The notes: generated by a model from the sequence alone, not told the origin. A stretch of 26,351 nt of DNA from a virus (IMGVR_UViG_3300032218_000603:1-26351), one strand, 5' to 3'; numbered from the stretch's first letter, positions 17,004-25,696 are shown. Made by a program: numbers and translations.

Positions 17004-19586
17004 TTATTCAGTTCCGTCTGCAAAGGGCCACTTTATTTTTTCCAAACGACCACGACCAGAGCCGGAACCAAACTCTTTCTCTTGGTATTTTGGCATTACA
17101 TTCTCTACGCGACCGCCAGTTTTGCGGGGCATAGGAGGTCCACCAGCGCCGCCTTGAGCAGCCATAGCTGCCATAAGCTGCGGAGGAAGCTGAGGTGCGC
17201 CACCCGGAGCGCCACCGCCCGGAGGCATAGGAGGCATACCTTGCGGAGGCATTGGAGGCATCTGAGGAGGCATAGGAGGCATTCCCATGCCAACACCAGC
17301 GCCCATTGGCCCCTGCTGTCCGGATTGCGGAGAAATAATAATGTTTACGTTGGTTTTGCCTTTGGCGCGACCACCGGTAGCACGTTGTGGGCGACCAAAA
17401 CCAGCAGCACCAGCCATCGCGCCCATTGCGCCATTCATATTGCCCATAGGATTCATTTGGGCCGTCTGAGCGCCATTCATAGGAGCAACCGTTTGTTGCT
17501 GGCGAAATTGATCGTAAGCATTTTGGGCTGCTTGTTGTTGGTTAAACCCTTGCTGCGCAGTTTGTTGTAACTGCCCTTGATTGTAAGTATTGTAAGCATC
17601 TTGAACGGCTTGAGGAGGCATTCCTGCGCCAGAATTGCCCGCACCACCCATTTTCAATGAATCCAAAAGTTGTTGCGCAAATTGTGGGTTGTTTTGAGCA
17701 AATTGACCCATACCGCCACCAAAATAAGGAGGAGGAGGGTTGCCGCCACCCATATAAGGTGCAGGAGGATTGCCGCCGGGTTGCATCATGCTACCAAGAC
17801 CACCGCCAAACATACTGTTAACAAAAGGGTTGCCATGTTGCTGTGCATACCCTTGCGGGGTTGCATCATAACCACCCATGTGTTGACCCATAGGCCGATG
17901 CATTGGCTGCATGTTTTGACGCATGTTGTTTGCCATCATCTGTGGGTTAATCATTGGGTTAGCGCCCGTTAATGCGCCGCCGCCAAATTTCTTTGACCGT
18001 TTGGTTTCGCCGCCCCAGCACTTTTCAGCGCGGCCACCTTTTTTCATGCCTTCATCGTCCGTTGCAGGGACGTTTGCGTTACCGCTCATTTTATTGCGAG
18101 CCATATCAAGGCCACGCTGACGCTTGCTAATGGTTTTTTCTGTTTCCATAAGGTCGCGTGGATGATATGGGGCATCAAACCCGTACATTTCGGATTTAAG
18201 ATTGCTTAATTTCATCTGTTTTTTAGAATTTTGATGAGCAGACAAATTTTGTTTTGCTTTATCAGCATAGTTGCTCAAAAGACCTCCAGACGCTTTATGA
18301 GCGCGGCCACCTTTGTTCATACCAAACTTTGGATGTTTGCCCGAATACAAGTTCATAGGCGTATCCATTTTGGTACGCTCGTCTTCAGAACCAGACTCCA
18401 TTGCAGCAGCGCGTTTAGGATTCATGCCACGCTTTAATGAACCGGGACCATAACCCCGCTCAAACATGCCCCTGTGCAAAAATTCAAGAGCCTCGCCCAT
18501 TGCGTCAAGACCCTCTGGTTTTTTATAGTTAGGGTCACTTACTCTATCGTAAATAGCCTTATACTCTGCATCTCTTTTTGCTTGTATTTTTTTGCTTACT
18601 TCGTCTGAAGGGGGATCGGGATAACGTTTAAAACCAGAACTGCCACCAGACATTTTGTGAGCGCGGCCACCTTTTTTCATACCCTCATCTTCACCAGCGG
18701 GGATACGAGATAAATTTCCACTTAGTTTATTTGCGGCAGCACGAATACCCCGAAGGCGATTCGTTTCTTTTCGTTCAGCATCTGGGAAGTCTGGGATGGA
18801 CGCAAAAGACGAAGGATAATGTTTTTTAGAAAGACCATATCCTAAGCGCGTGGATTGATCAGCAAGGTTTAAAGACGCATCTTTAATATACTTACTAAGG
18901 CGGCCACCGGAAACCTTGTGCGCACGTTCCTTAAATGCATCTTCTTTAAGAACTTTATGCATTAACTTTTTATCTTGTGCTTCATCCGTATGCTTTGCAG
19001 CGCCACCTTTTTTGTGTGGAATATAAGTATCCGCAGCAAGGTTAGGCATACCTTTCATTTTAGGAATGCCCATTTTGCTGGACATGCCCGTGCCCTTGCT
19101 CTTGTAAGCCATTGCAGCAGCTTGCTTGCGGCCAATAACGCCGCCGCGAGCCAATGGCTCTTTAGGCTCGTAGCCGTAAGCCTCCTTAGGCGTAATTCCT
19201 TGACCCGTTTCAGTATTGGTCATAGTTCCCATGCCGCTAGGTTTAGCTGCTGGAGGTTTTGGAGGAGCCGGATTTTTATTTAAATTCTTTGGGCGAGGAA
19301 TAGGAAATGGCACAGCGCCGCCATCATCGCGCTTGCGGCGAGCAGATTTACCAAGGTTTTTGCGAGCCATCTCTCCTTCGGCATGAACGTGTTTGCCAAC
19401 CTTGCCACCACGTTTAAACTTAGATGGGGTAATAGGCATTTTGCCAGCATTGCCGCTATTCAACCCTTCAAACGGGGAACCACCGCGCTCATCCGTGAAG
19501 GATTTGCTGCCATCTGCCAACTTCAAGCCCATGCGCTGCATTTTAGCTGCGGATGCCGACTTTGCTTCTTTCTTATATTCGCTCAT
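17004..19586 (-). CDS. 860-aa low-complexity K/G/M/P-rich protein with about 15 basic-x-x-GG motifs; putative internal capsid (cargo) protein
   Basis: AGGAG SD; directly after the portal; repeated GMKKGGRAHKxSGG linkers; M/G/P/Q-rich C-terminal third. Confidence 0.8.
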   Translation of the reverse strand: MSEYKKEAKSASAAKMQRMGLKLADGSKSFTDERGGSPFEGLNSGNAGKMPITPSKFKRGGKVGKHVHAEGEMARKNLGKSARRKRDDGGAVPFPIPRPKNLNKNPAPPKPPAAKPSGMGTMTNTETGQGITPKEAYGYEPKEPLARGGVIGRKQAAAMAYKSKGTGMSSKMGIPKMKGMPNLAADTYIPHKKGGAAKHTDEAQDKKLMHKVLKEDAFKERAHKVSGGRLSKYIKDASLNLADQSTRLGYGLSKKHYPSSFASIPDFPDAERKETNRLRGIRAAANKLSGNLSRIPAGEDEGMKKGGRAHKMSGGSSGFKRYPDPPSDEVSKKIQAKRDAEYKAIYDRVSDPNYKKPEGLDAMGEALEFLHRGMFERGYGPGSLKRGMNPKRAAAMESGSEDERTKMDTPMNLYSGKHPKFGMNKGGRAHKASGGLLSNYADKAKQNLSAHQNSKKQMKLSNLKSEMYGFDAPYHPRDLMETEKTISKRQRGLDMARNKMSGNANVPATDDEGMKKGGRAEKCWGGETKRSKKFGGGALTGANPMINPQMMANNMRQNMQPMHRPMGQHMGGYDATPQGYAQQHGNPFVNSMFGGGLGSMMQPGGNPPAPYMGGGNPPPPYFGGGMGQFAQNNPQFAQQLLDSLKMGGAGNSGAGMPPQAVQDAYNTYNQGQLQQTAQQGFNQQQAAQNAYDQFRQQQTVAPMNGAQTAQMNPMGNMNGAMGAMAGAAGFGRPQRATGGRAKGKTNVNIIISPQSGQQGPMGAGVGMGMPPMPPQMPPMPPQGMPPMPPGGGAPGGAPQLPPQLMAAMAAQGGAGGPPMPRKTGGRVENVMPKYQEKEFGSGSGRGRLEKIKWPFADGTE
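18027..18683. repeat. Three 24-bp direct repeats AGCGCGGCCACCTTT(T/G)TTCAT(G/A)CC at 18027-18050, 18300-18323 and 18660-18683
   Basis: Read directly from the sequence; they encode GM(K/N)KGGRA. Confidence 0.9.
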
Positions 19587-19610
19587 TTTATACTCCTGCT
19601 GCGTCCAGCA

Positions 19611-21923
19611 TTAAACGTTAGGGTTGTTAACTAACCCATGAATTTCCGGTTTAATAAACTGTTCCGCCTGAGAAGCACTCTCTGGATGAACTGCAATTTC
19701 ACGGGCCAGTTGCAACATGGCAATCCGTTCCTTGCTTTCTCTATCGGCAGCATGGTTCTGAGCGTCAGACATTGCGCCACTAGCCTTCAATTTAACTTCC
19801 GCCATTTTGGCTTCGGAGTCAATCATTTTTGCTCTTGCCATGATCATTTCAGGTTCTTGTGAATGTCTTGGCATGAGATTTGTCGATTCAACCCACTTTT
19901 CGTGGTCCCTATCTTGATTACGATGTTGGTCCTCAGTAATAGCCTGAGCCTTTTTAATTTGAACTTCTTCCATCTTGGATTGCGCATCCAGCATTCTGGC
20001 TTGAGCAATAATCATATTTGGATCAGGCGGCATAGCCTGTGGAGGTGCTGGTGGAACAAACAAGTCCATCGCATCTTCAATGCCAAGCATGGTTAAAATA
20101 CGTTCATCAACCTTTTTAGCATCGTAAAGTGTTGGGTTGCCCTGTTGCAATTGCTTAATTGCCATTGCTTTTTGAATACGAACCGCATGTGAAGGCGTAT
20201 TTGGGTCAGCAACGGGAACAAGGTTAATGTTATTTAACGCTGCGATTAACGTTTCCGATGTCCATTGGTAAGATGGATACCTGTTGTTTTCCCAAAATGC
20301 TTCTGGGCATTCTTTAAACAACTCCGCCAGCAACTGAAACTCACGGGCCTGAGCAGCGTGCATACGCTTGTGAACGGCAGAGATGACCTTCTGAGCCTGT
20401 TCAATCAACGCAATGGTTGTACCTACCGGAGCCTCTGCGTTGCCCTCACCTACGTTTGTTTCCGTAGTTGAAGCCATACGTTGACCGCTGGTTTCAATCA
20501 ATTGAAGTAATTGTAAAAATTGCCCATCAACGCTGCGGTAAGGCAATGGCATAATAGCCGATTGGATTGGGCCGCCGTTCGTGTCAATTGGCATACCGCC
20601 GCCGGGAGGAACCCGAAACTCGTTAGTGTTTTGCCGACCAGCCTGTTTGGCATACAAGAATCCCGGAAAGTTAGCAAACATTCCGTTATCAATGCACAAC
20701 CGCCAGCCAGCAGTTAACGCCATCGTGGTGTTACCCACAAGATGAAGAAGACCCAAGCCGTAGAAGCCAAAGCCGGGAACGAAGATATAATCAACAAACA
20801 CTTGCCTACGCAGGAACTGGTCGTCATCTTCCTTCCACCATCTCCGAATTTCTAAAATTTCTGACGAACTTTTGTCTAAAGTAACCCGATATGGAAGCTG
20901 AAGACCGGTTGGCCCTTCGTCATCCTCATGTTCGTAGCCGGGAATATCCAATTCACAATAACACTCATAAATCTCGCGAGGAGAATTATCCGTATTGCTC
21001 ATGCTGCGAGGAATAATGCCCTGAAGAGATTCAATTTTGTCTTCAACCACGTTATTCTTTGGTGGTTCAGCATGTGTCAGTGGCACATTGCGGTACATGC
21101 CAACCAATTGCAGCCGCTTTAAGGTGCTTGGGGGCATCTTAATGACATGGGTGATTCGCTGCGCAGTTGCTACCGTTGTTTCAGCATTAGAAACAATAAT
21201 TTCCGGGATGCTGACAAATTCCGACACCGGGCGGCGGCGGATTGGGCAGTAGTAAATTTTCTTAAATGTTGTTCCACCAAAGCCCAACGCAAAGAACATC
21301 CGTTCCGTATCAGGATAATATTCAGATGCGGTTACCGTTAGATAATGGTTAAAGTCTTTCTCCAAGGCTTCAGCCTGAGCATTGATGTTGGCGCTATCCA
21401 ATCCATCGTTACGAATCTTAACAGGGCCGCTAGAAGGCAACAACTCACCGCGAGCGTTGGCTTGAAAACGAACAATTGACTCTAAAAGCAACGGATGGCG
21501 TACAGTTGCCTGTCCTTCAACCGCCGTAGACCCATCTGATGCGTTGCTGCGGGGCGTTTCAATCTTGGTCCCCAACAAATCAAGGCCCATAACGTACTGC
21601 TGAAGCAGTTCTTGGCGGGATTCGTTGTCCTGCTCAATCAAACGTTTTAGTTCGTTAGAGATTTGACCCAGTGTGCTGTTGTCAAGATGAAGCGCAAGAT
21701 TCTCATGAAAATCTTCTTCGCCATCGTGATCAGGTTTTTCTTGCCCGCCAAATGAAATAGTTACAGAGCCATCTGGTAATTCTACTTTGACGTAAGGAGA
21801 TTTAGGATTAACCTTAACTTCAGCATCGCCTTCAGCCGTCATATCCATATCAAACGCATCAAAATCGTCTGGCCGACTTCCCAAAACGGGAACTTGACGC
21901 ATGTTCATGGGGGCTAATGGCAT
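19611..21923 (-). CDS. Portal protein (P22-like, extended C-terminus), 770 aa
   Basis: After TerL; V.HPLLLESIVRFQA.A..ELLP..GPVK; G..FKKIYY; LPY.VT.D..S.EIL.IRR.W; PGFGFYG.GL.HL.G; APVGTT.AL.E...KV.SAVHKRMH; PVADPN. Confidence 0.9.
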   Translation of the reverse strand: MPLAPMNMRQVPVLGSRPDDFDAFDMDMTAEGDAEVKVNPKSPYVKVELPDGSVTISFGGQEKPDHDGEEDFHENLALHLDNSTLGQISNELKRLIEQDNESRQELLQQYVMGLDLLGTKIETPRSNASDGSTAVEGQATVRHPLLLESIVRFQANARGELLPSSGPVKIRNDGLDSANINAQAEALEKDFNHYLTVTASEYYPDTERMFFALGFGGTTFKKIYYCPIRRRPVSEFVSIPEIIVSNAETTVATAQRITHVIKMPPSTLKRLQLVGMYRNVPLTHAEPPKNNVVEDKIESLQGIIPRSMSNTDNSPREIYECYCELDIPGYEHEDDEGPTGLQLPYRVTLDKSSSEILEIRRWWKEDDDQFLRRQVFVDYIFVPGFGFYGLGLLHLVGNTTMALTAGWRLCIDNGMFANFPGFLYAKQAGRQNTNEFRVPPGGGMPIDTNGGPIQSAIMPLPYRSVDGQFLQLLQLIETSGQRMASTTETNVGEGNAEAPVGTTIALIEQAQKVISAVHKRMHAAQAREFQLLAELFKECPEAFWENNRYPSYQWTSETLIAALNNINLVPVADPNTPSHAVRIQKAMAIKQLQQGNPTLYDAKKVDERILTMLGIEDAMDLFVPPAPPQAMPPDPNMIIAQARMLDAQSKMEEVQIKKAQAITEDQHRNQDRDHEKWVESTNLMPRHSQEPEMIMARAKMIDSEAKMAEVKLKASGAMSDAQNHAADRESKERIAMLQLAREIAVHPESASQAEQFIKPEIHGLVNNPNV

Positions 21924-21926
21924 GGC

Positions 21927-23528
21927 TTACACCGGGTACAATTGTGAATTACGACTTGACTTGTATAGCATACCTTCAGTCTTCTCCGCTACTATTTCTA
22001 CAGGTTTTTGTGCAAAACCAATAAGACGAAGATGTGTCAAGGCTTGTGTCATACTATCTACTAAGTCATCATGCTTGGCTTTAGGAAATGCTTCGGTTTG
22101 ACTTATAACCATTTCCGCCCATTCAAAGTCAGGGGCGTAAATCATTCCCTCTGAGAACAAATGTTGGATAGCATAGGCGCGAGCAACTTTATCACCGCGA
22201 CCCGGATCAACAAGCTGAATGCCCCAGCTTTCGCGGGCAAAGTGAGTCCGCAACTCTTGGGCAACAGAAATACCAGCCGCCTTGGATTCGATAAGCAACT
22301 TGTCAATCTTGAACGTGTTGCTTTCCTTGATTACCTTCAAAACCAATTTAGGAAACTCTAAACGTTCTTGCCAAGCGTGAACCAACATAATACGGCGGTT
22401 GCCGTTTCTATCCGTCCATACGCCCCACACCGTCATGGCGCTGTAATCGTTTTCTTGTCTGGTCGTATAAGCGGTATCAAGCGATGCAATGACGTATTCA
22501 AACGGTGGAAAAACGGTTTTAGGCAAACCTTCCGCACCAGAAACTGTTTCATCCCACAAAACCCACCAGTCACGCTTGATAATACCACCACCTTTTGGGC
22601 GGGGACGTTGTTGCAATTGTCCAGCCGCCGCAAACGGGCCAAGAGCGGCTTCAAGAGAAGCTACTTCCGCTTCTCCAAAACGGTCTTCAACCAGAAGTTC
22701 ACCTTCTGTTCTATCGTCTACAAACCATTTGGTAATGCATTGGCGATCTGGTTCAAAGCGCATGGGCAAGCAAAGATGCGTCCACTCACCCCGGTCTTTA
22801 GACAATACGTGGCCGGTCAGGTCTGATTCGTGTAGTCTCTGCATAATAACAATATATGCGCCCGTTTTGGGGTCGTTAAGACGGGTTGACATGGATTGGT
22901 CCCACCAATCCAGCGTTCCTTGACGGACAAGATCGGATTCTACTTCATTAGCGTTGTGAGGGTCGTCAACTACGATAATAGAGCCACCTTCACCCGTCAG
23001 TGCGCCATCAACCGATGTTGCAAGCCTGTAGCCGCCTTTGTCGTTGTCAAATCTAACCTTGGTATTCTGGTCAGACACAATCTTCATACTTCTCCCCCAG
23101 TAATTTTGGTAATAGGGGGATTCAATCAAGCGGCGGGTTTTGATGCTATCGCGGATAGAAAGGGATTGCGCGTAGGATGCAAACAGAAACTGCACATGCG
23201 GGCCGGACAGGGGGCCGTATTCGGATTGCGCCCATGTCCATGCAGGAAAACAAACGGACACCATCGATGATTTGGATGTACGAGGGGGAACGTTAATTAC
23301 CAATCGGCGGATTTCTCCACGGGTTACCGCCTGTAAATGTTCCGCAATGGCTTCCAGATGCCAACCATATTTGTATGGATTAGGGTCAATGTACTTCCAA
23401 GCGCCCTCTACAAAAGACACCATGTCCTCTTCAAGGTCCAACCGCTCCAATTCCCGCAGGGCTTCCTCCGGGTATTGCTTGATAGCGTGTTCTATGTTGG
23501 CGGCGCGAAAAGCTACTTGCTCATTCAT
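21927..23528 (-). CDS. terL: Terminase large subunit, 533 aa
   Basis: RLVINVPPRTSKS (Walker A variant); IIVVDDPH (Walker B); IMQRLHESDLTG; SLDTA; IESKAAG; FP.AKHDDLVDS nuclease motif. Confidence 0.96.
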   Translation of the reverse strand: MNEQVAFRAANIEHAIKQYPEEALRELERLDLEEDMVSFVEGAWKYIDPNPYKYGWHLEAIAEHLQAVTRGEIRRLVINVPPRTSKSSMVSVCFPAWTWAQSEYGPLSGPHVQFLFASYAQSLSIRDSIKTRRLIESPYYQNYWGRSMKIVSDQNTKVRFDNDKGGYRLATSVDGALTGEGGSIIVVDDPHNANEVESDLVRQGTLDWWDQSMSTRLNDPKTGAYIVIMQRLHESDLTGHVLSKDRGEWTHLCLPMRFEPDRQCITKWFVDDRTEGELLVEDRFGEAEVASLEAALGPFAAAGQLQQRPRPKGGGIIKRDWWVLWDETVSGAEGLPKTVFPPFEYVIASLDTAYTTRQENDYSAMTVWGVWTDRNGNRRIMLVHAWQERLEFPKLVLKVIKESNTFKIDKLLIESKAAGISVAQELRTHFARESWGIQLVDPGRGDKVARAYAIQHLFSEGMIYAPDFEWAEMVISQTEAFPKAKHDDLVDSMTQALTHLRLIGFAQKPVEIVAEKTEGMLYKSSRNSQLYPV

Positions 23529-23985
23529 ACTCTTCTACCTCGCCCTCAATAGTGAGAGGTGGTGGGGATACTTTTTGCAAGAGAGTTTCCCTGAGAGCGG
23601 CTCGTTCCTCAAAAGATAGGCTACCAAAGTCGAATACAATGCTTGGTCTATTGTCTTTTGCTTCTTCTTTTTCCCGCCAACCCATGCGGGATTTGGCAAT
23701 AAACATAGCGGCGGGCATCGCTGCGGGGGAATCTTTCATCGCTTGCTGGTAAATGTTCTCCACCACCAATGCATCCGCCAGTTCTTTTCCGCATTTTAGT
23801 TCGTGCTTGTAGGTATTTTTCAAATGTGTGGTGCTAACTCCTATGATATCCGCAATTTCCGATATGGTTTTACCTTGTTTTGCAAGCCCCATTATAGCTT
23901 TGCGCACCAATTCCGTATCGTCAATCTTGTGCTTACGGCCCGGATCGTCCTTGCCTTTGCGGTTATCGTAGGTTGTTTTTGTCAT
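23521..23985 (-). CDS. terS: Terminase small subunit (HTH), ~154 aa; start at ATG 23985
   Basis: GAGGGG SD before MTKTTY; HTH GKTISEIADIIGVSTTHLKNTYKHEL; AAMFIAKSRMGWRE; overlaps the TerL start. Confidence 0.8.
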   Translation of the reverse strand: MTKTTYDNRKGKDDPGRKHKIDDTELVRKAIMGLAKQGKTISEIADIIGVSTTHLKNTYKHELKCGKELADALVVENIYQQAMKDSPAAMPAAMFIAKSRMGWREKEEAKDNRPSIVFDFGSLSFEERAALRETLLQKVSPPPLTIEGEVEEYE

Positions 23986-24058
23986 AGAAACCCCTCGCTT
24001 TTGTTCTCTATATATACTATTAGTTGACAGGACTGCAAGTGTTGAAAAGGAGATTGAA

Positions 24059-24271
24059 GTGGCTGACAAGTTTTGCGTGGACTGCAAGTGGGTTATTCCC
24101 GGTGATAACACTACTTACAATTGTTTAAACCCTATGAATGACAATCTTTATGATTGGTTTAATCCTTCAACGGGGGATGTGATTCGGGATATCCGCCGGT
24201 CATCCGTTACGTATGAAAAAAATACATGCGACGAATTTGCACAAAAGAAAAAATCTTCGTCATCAAAATGA
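24059..24271 (+). CDS. Small Cys-containing hypothetical protein, 70 aa (possible Zn-binding)
   Basis: AAGGAG SD before a GTG start; FCVDCKW...C...C. Confidence 0.65.
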   Translation: MADKFCVDCKWVIPGDNTTYNCLNPMNDNLYDWFNPSTGDVIRDIRRSSVTYEKNTCDEFAQKKKSSSSK

Positions 24272-24318
24272 TTAAAATGTTGTATAAAGTAGTATCGTCA
24301 ACAATCGAGGAGTTTCTT

Positions 24319-24729
24319 ATGGGATTAGCAGTACAATCAATCACTTACGAATTTACTGTTGGGGCTTTGCCCTTTCTTACTGTCACTTCTAGTTTTTCTA
24401 ACATAGGGAATGATAACATGTCTTGGAACTATCGCGTTGTATTAGAGCCAAAAGATGAAAATGACAGCCTTTTTGCAGAAGATAGCTTCTCGATCCGGGA
24501 AGTATTCTACAATGACGAAGGCGAGATTGACTTCTGGTCAGACGAAGCAGCCGCTCCTTATGGGATTACCTTTCAGGAAGTTGCTGACGACTTTGATTTG
24601 ATGGCTGAGGCTTTCAAGCGTCCCGTTCTTGTCTTTAAAAAGAACGAAGATGGCGAAGATGAACTCGTTGAGGCTGAAGATGCCTTTGAATACGAGTATC
24701 CAGTAGAGGAAGAAGAAGAGGGGGAATAA
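24319..24729 (+). CDS. Highly acidic hypothetical protein; in-frame starts at 24319 (GAGGAG SD) or 24418 (MSWNYRV)
   Basis: WNYRV...SIREVFY...P.G....E...D...M..AF..PVL phage motif; D/E-rich tail. Confidence 0.75.
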   Translation: MGLAVQSITYEFTVGALPFLTVTSSFSNIGNDNMSWNYRVVLEPKDENDSLFAEDSFSIREVFYNDEGEIDFWSDEAAAPYGITFQEVADDFDLMAEAFKRPVLVFKKNEDGEDELVEAEDAFEYEYPVEEEEEGE

Positions 24730-24737
24730 TCCCCCTC
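24708..24737 (-). terminator. Hairpin terminator between convergent genes
   Basis: GAGGGGGA-ATAA-TCCCCCTC (24718-24737), followed on the minus strand by TTCTTCTT. Confidence 0.6.
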
Positions 24738-24740
24738 CCC

Positions 24741-25670
24741 TTAAAATACGTGGTCGCCTCTGAATACGGGGCGGCCACCCACCATCTCGCATAGTTCAGG
24801 TGGTAACATCCGCCCTTCATCATCAAAAGTAATAACGACAAAACCTTGCTGAGAGCGTGAGGGTGATCCCTCTGAGTATTCAAACTGAGGACCAAAAGGG
24901 TCCGCCAAAGTTCCAGTCTCTATCCCCCAACGCGATCCGTTCCTATCACGCATGGCGGTAACTTGTAGCTGGTGGGTATGTCCGGTGACCATATTAACCC
25001 CGGAGTGCAACGCATTATTCCAGCCCGCATGGATACCGGCCCTAAAACGATGTCGTACTTCGGTTCCGTTGATTTCAAAAGCGTAAGAAAATTCCCAATC
25101 ACGGAAATGCTCCGCCAGAGACATGATGTAACCATCCATCTCACTCGCATTAGAAGCGATGTAATTGTCAACTCGCGCATCGTGGTTACCCATTGTCCAT
25201 AATTTGTGCTTGGCTTTAGGTAGCATACGCAGCCACTGCTTGGCGGTTTCTATCTCAATTTCAATCTTGGGAGCCTTAGACCCCCGTATCGCGGGATGGC
25301 GGCTAATCCTAGCCCCGTCAATCACATCCCCATTCATTATAATGCCGTCTACTTTAAGAGACTTGGCAACCTTGATAAAGGCTTGGTAAATCAAAGTTGG
25401 ATCACCACTCCACACATGCAAATCAGAACCAATAATCCAACGTGTACCCGGCAAGTCCTTGGTAATCATCCGGGGATATGTCCACCGGCCTTGAGTAAAA
25501 TGTTCCGGAATGCCATCCGGAAAATGTTTCTTCGCTGTATCAATCCTAGCCCAGAATGTTTTTATATTAACACCTATTGATCTCGCCGCCTGTGTCGGGC
25601 TGTTCCCGTTTGCCGCTAAAACACGCAGCGTTTCAACCATCAACTCTTTACTCATGGGGGGTGTAGGCAT
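24741..25670 (-). CDS. Calcineurin-like metallophosphoesterase with an N-terminal Fis-like HTH, 309 aa
   Basis: GSDLH, NGDVID, GNHD, H and GHTH motifs in order; N-terminal GNSPTQAARSIGVNIKTFWARI; AGGAG SD. Confidence 0.9.
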   Translation of the reverse strand: MPTPPMSKELMVETLRVLAANGNSPTQAARSIGVNIKTFWARIDTAKKHFPDGIPEHFTQGRWTYPRMITKDLPGTRWIIGSDLHVWSGDPTLIYQAFIKVAKSLKVDGIIMNGDVIDGARISRHPAIRGSKAPKIEIEIETAKQWLRMLPKAKHKLWTMGNHDARVDNYIASNASEMDGYIMSLAEHFRDWEFSYAFEINGTEVRHRFRAGIHAGWNNALHSGVNMVTGHTHQLQVTAMRDRNGSRWGIETGTLADPFGPQFEYSEGSPSRSQQGFVVITFDDEGRMLPPELCEMVGGRPVFRGDHVF

Positions 25671-25696
25671 GTTTCTCTCCTGTTAAACCCGCACAC

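Noticed and set aside
662-23752. Numerous plus-strand ORFs (for example 11336-11992, 13415-13942, 17082-17570, 22368-22826)
   Set aside because: They are antisense shadows of well-supported minus-strand genes, with no recognisable motifs
23986-24111. 42-codon N-terminal extension of TerS in the ORF track
   Set aside because: It overlaps the plus-strand gene, and a good SD precedes ATG 23985
24226-24318. Longest-ORF start of the acidic protein
   Set aside because: It overlaps the upstream gene and lacks an SD; 24319 or 24418 are better supported
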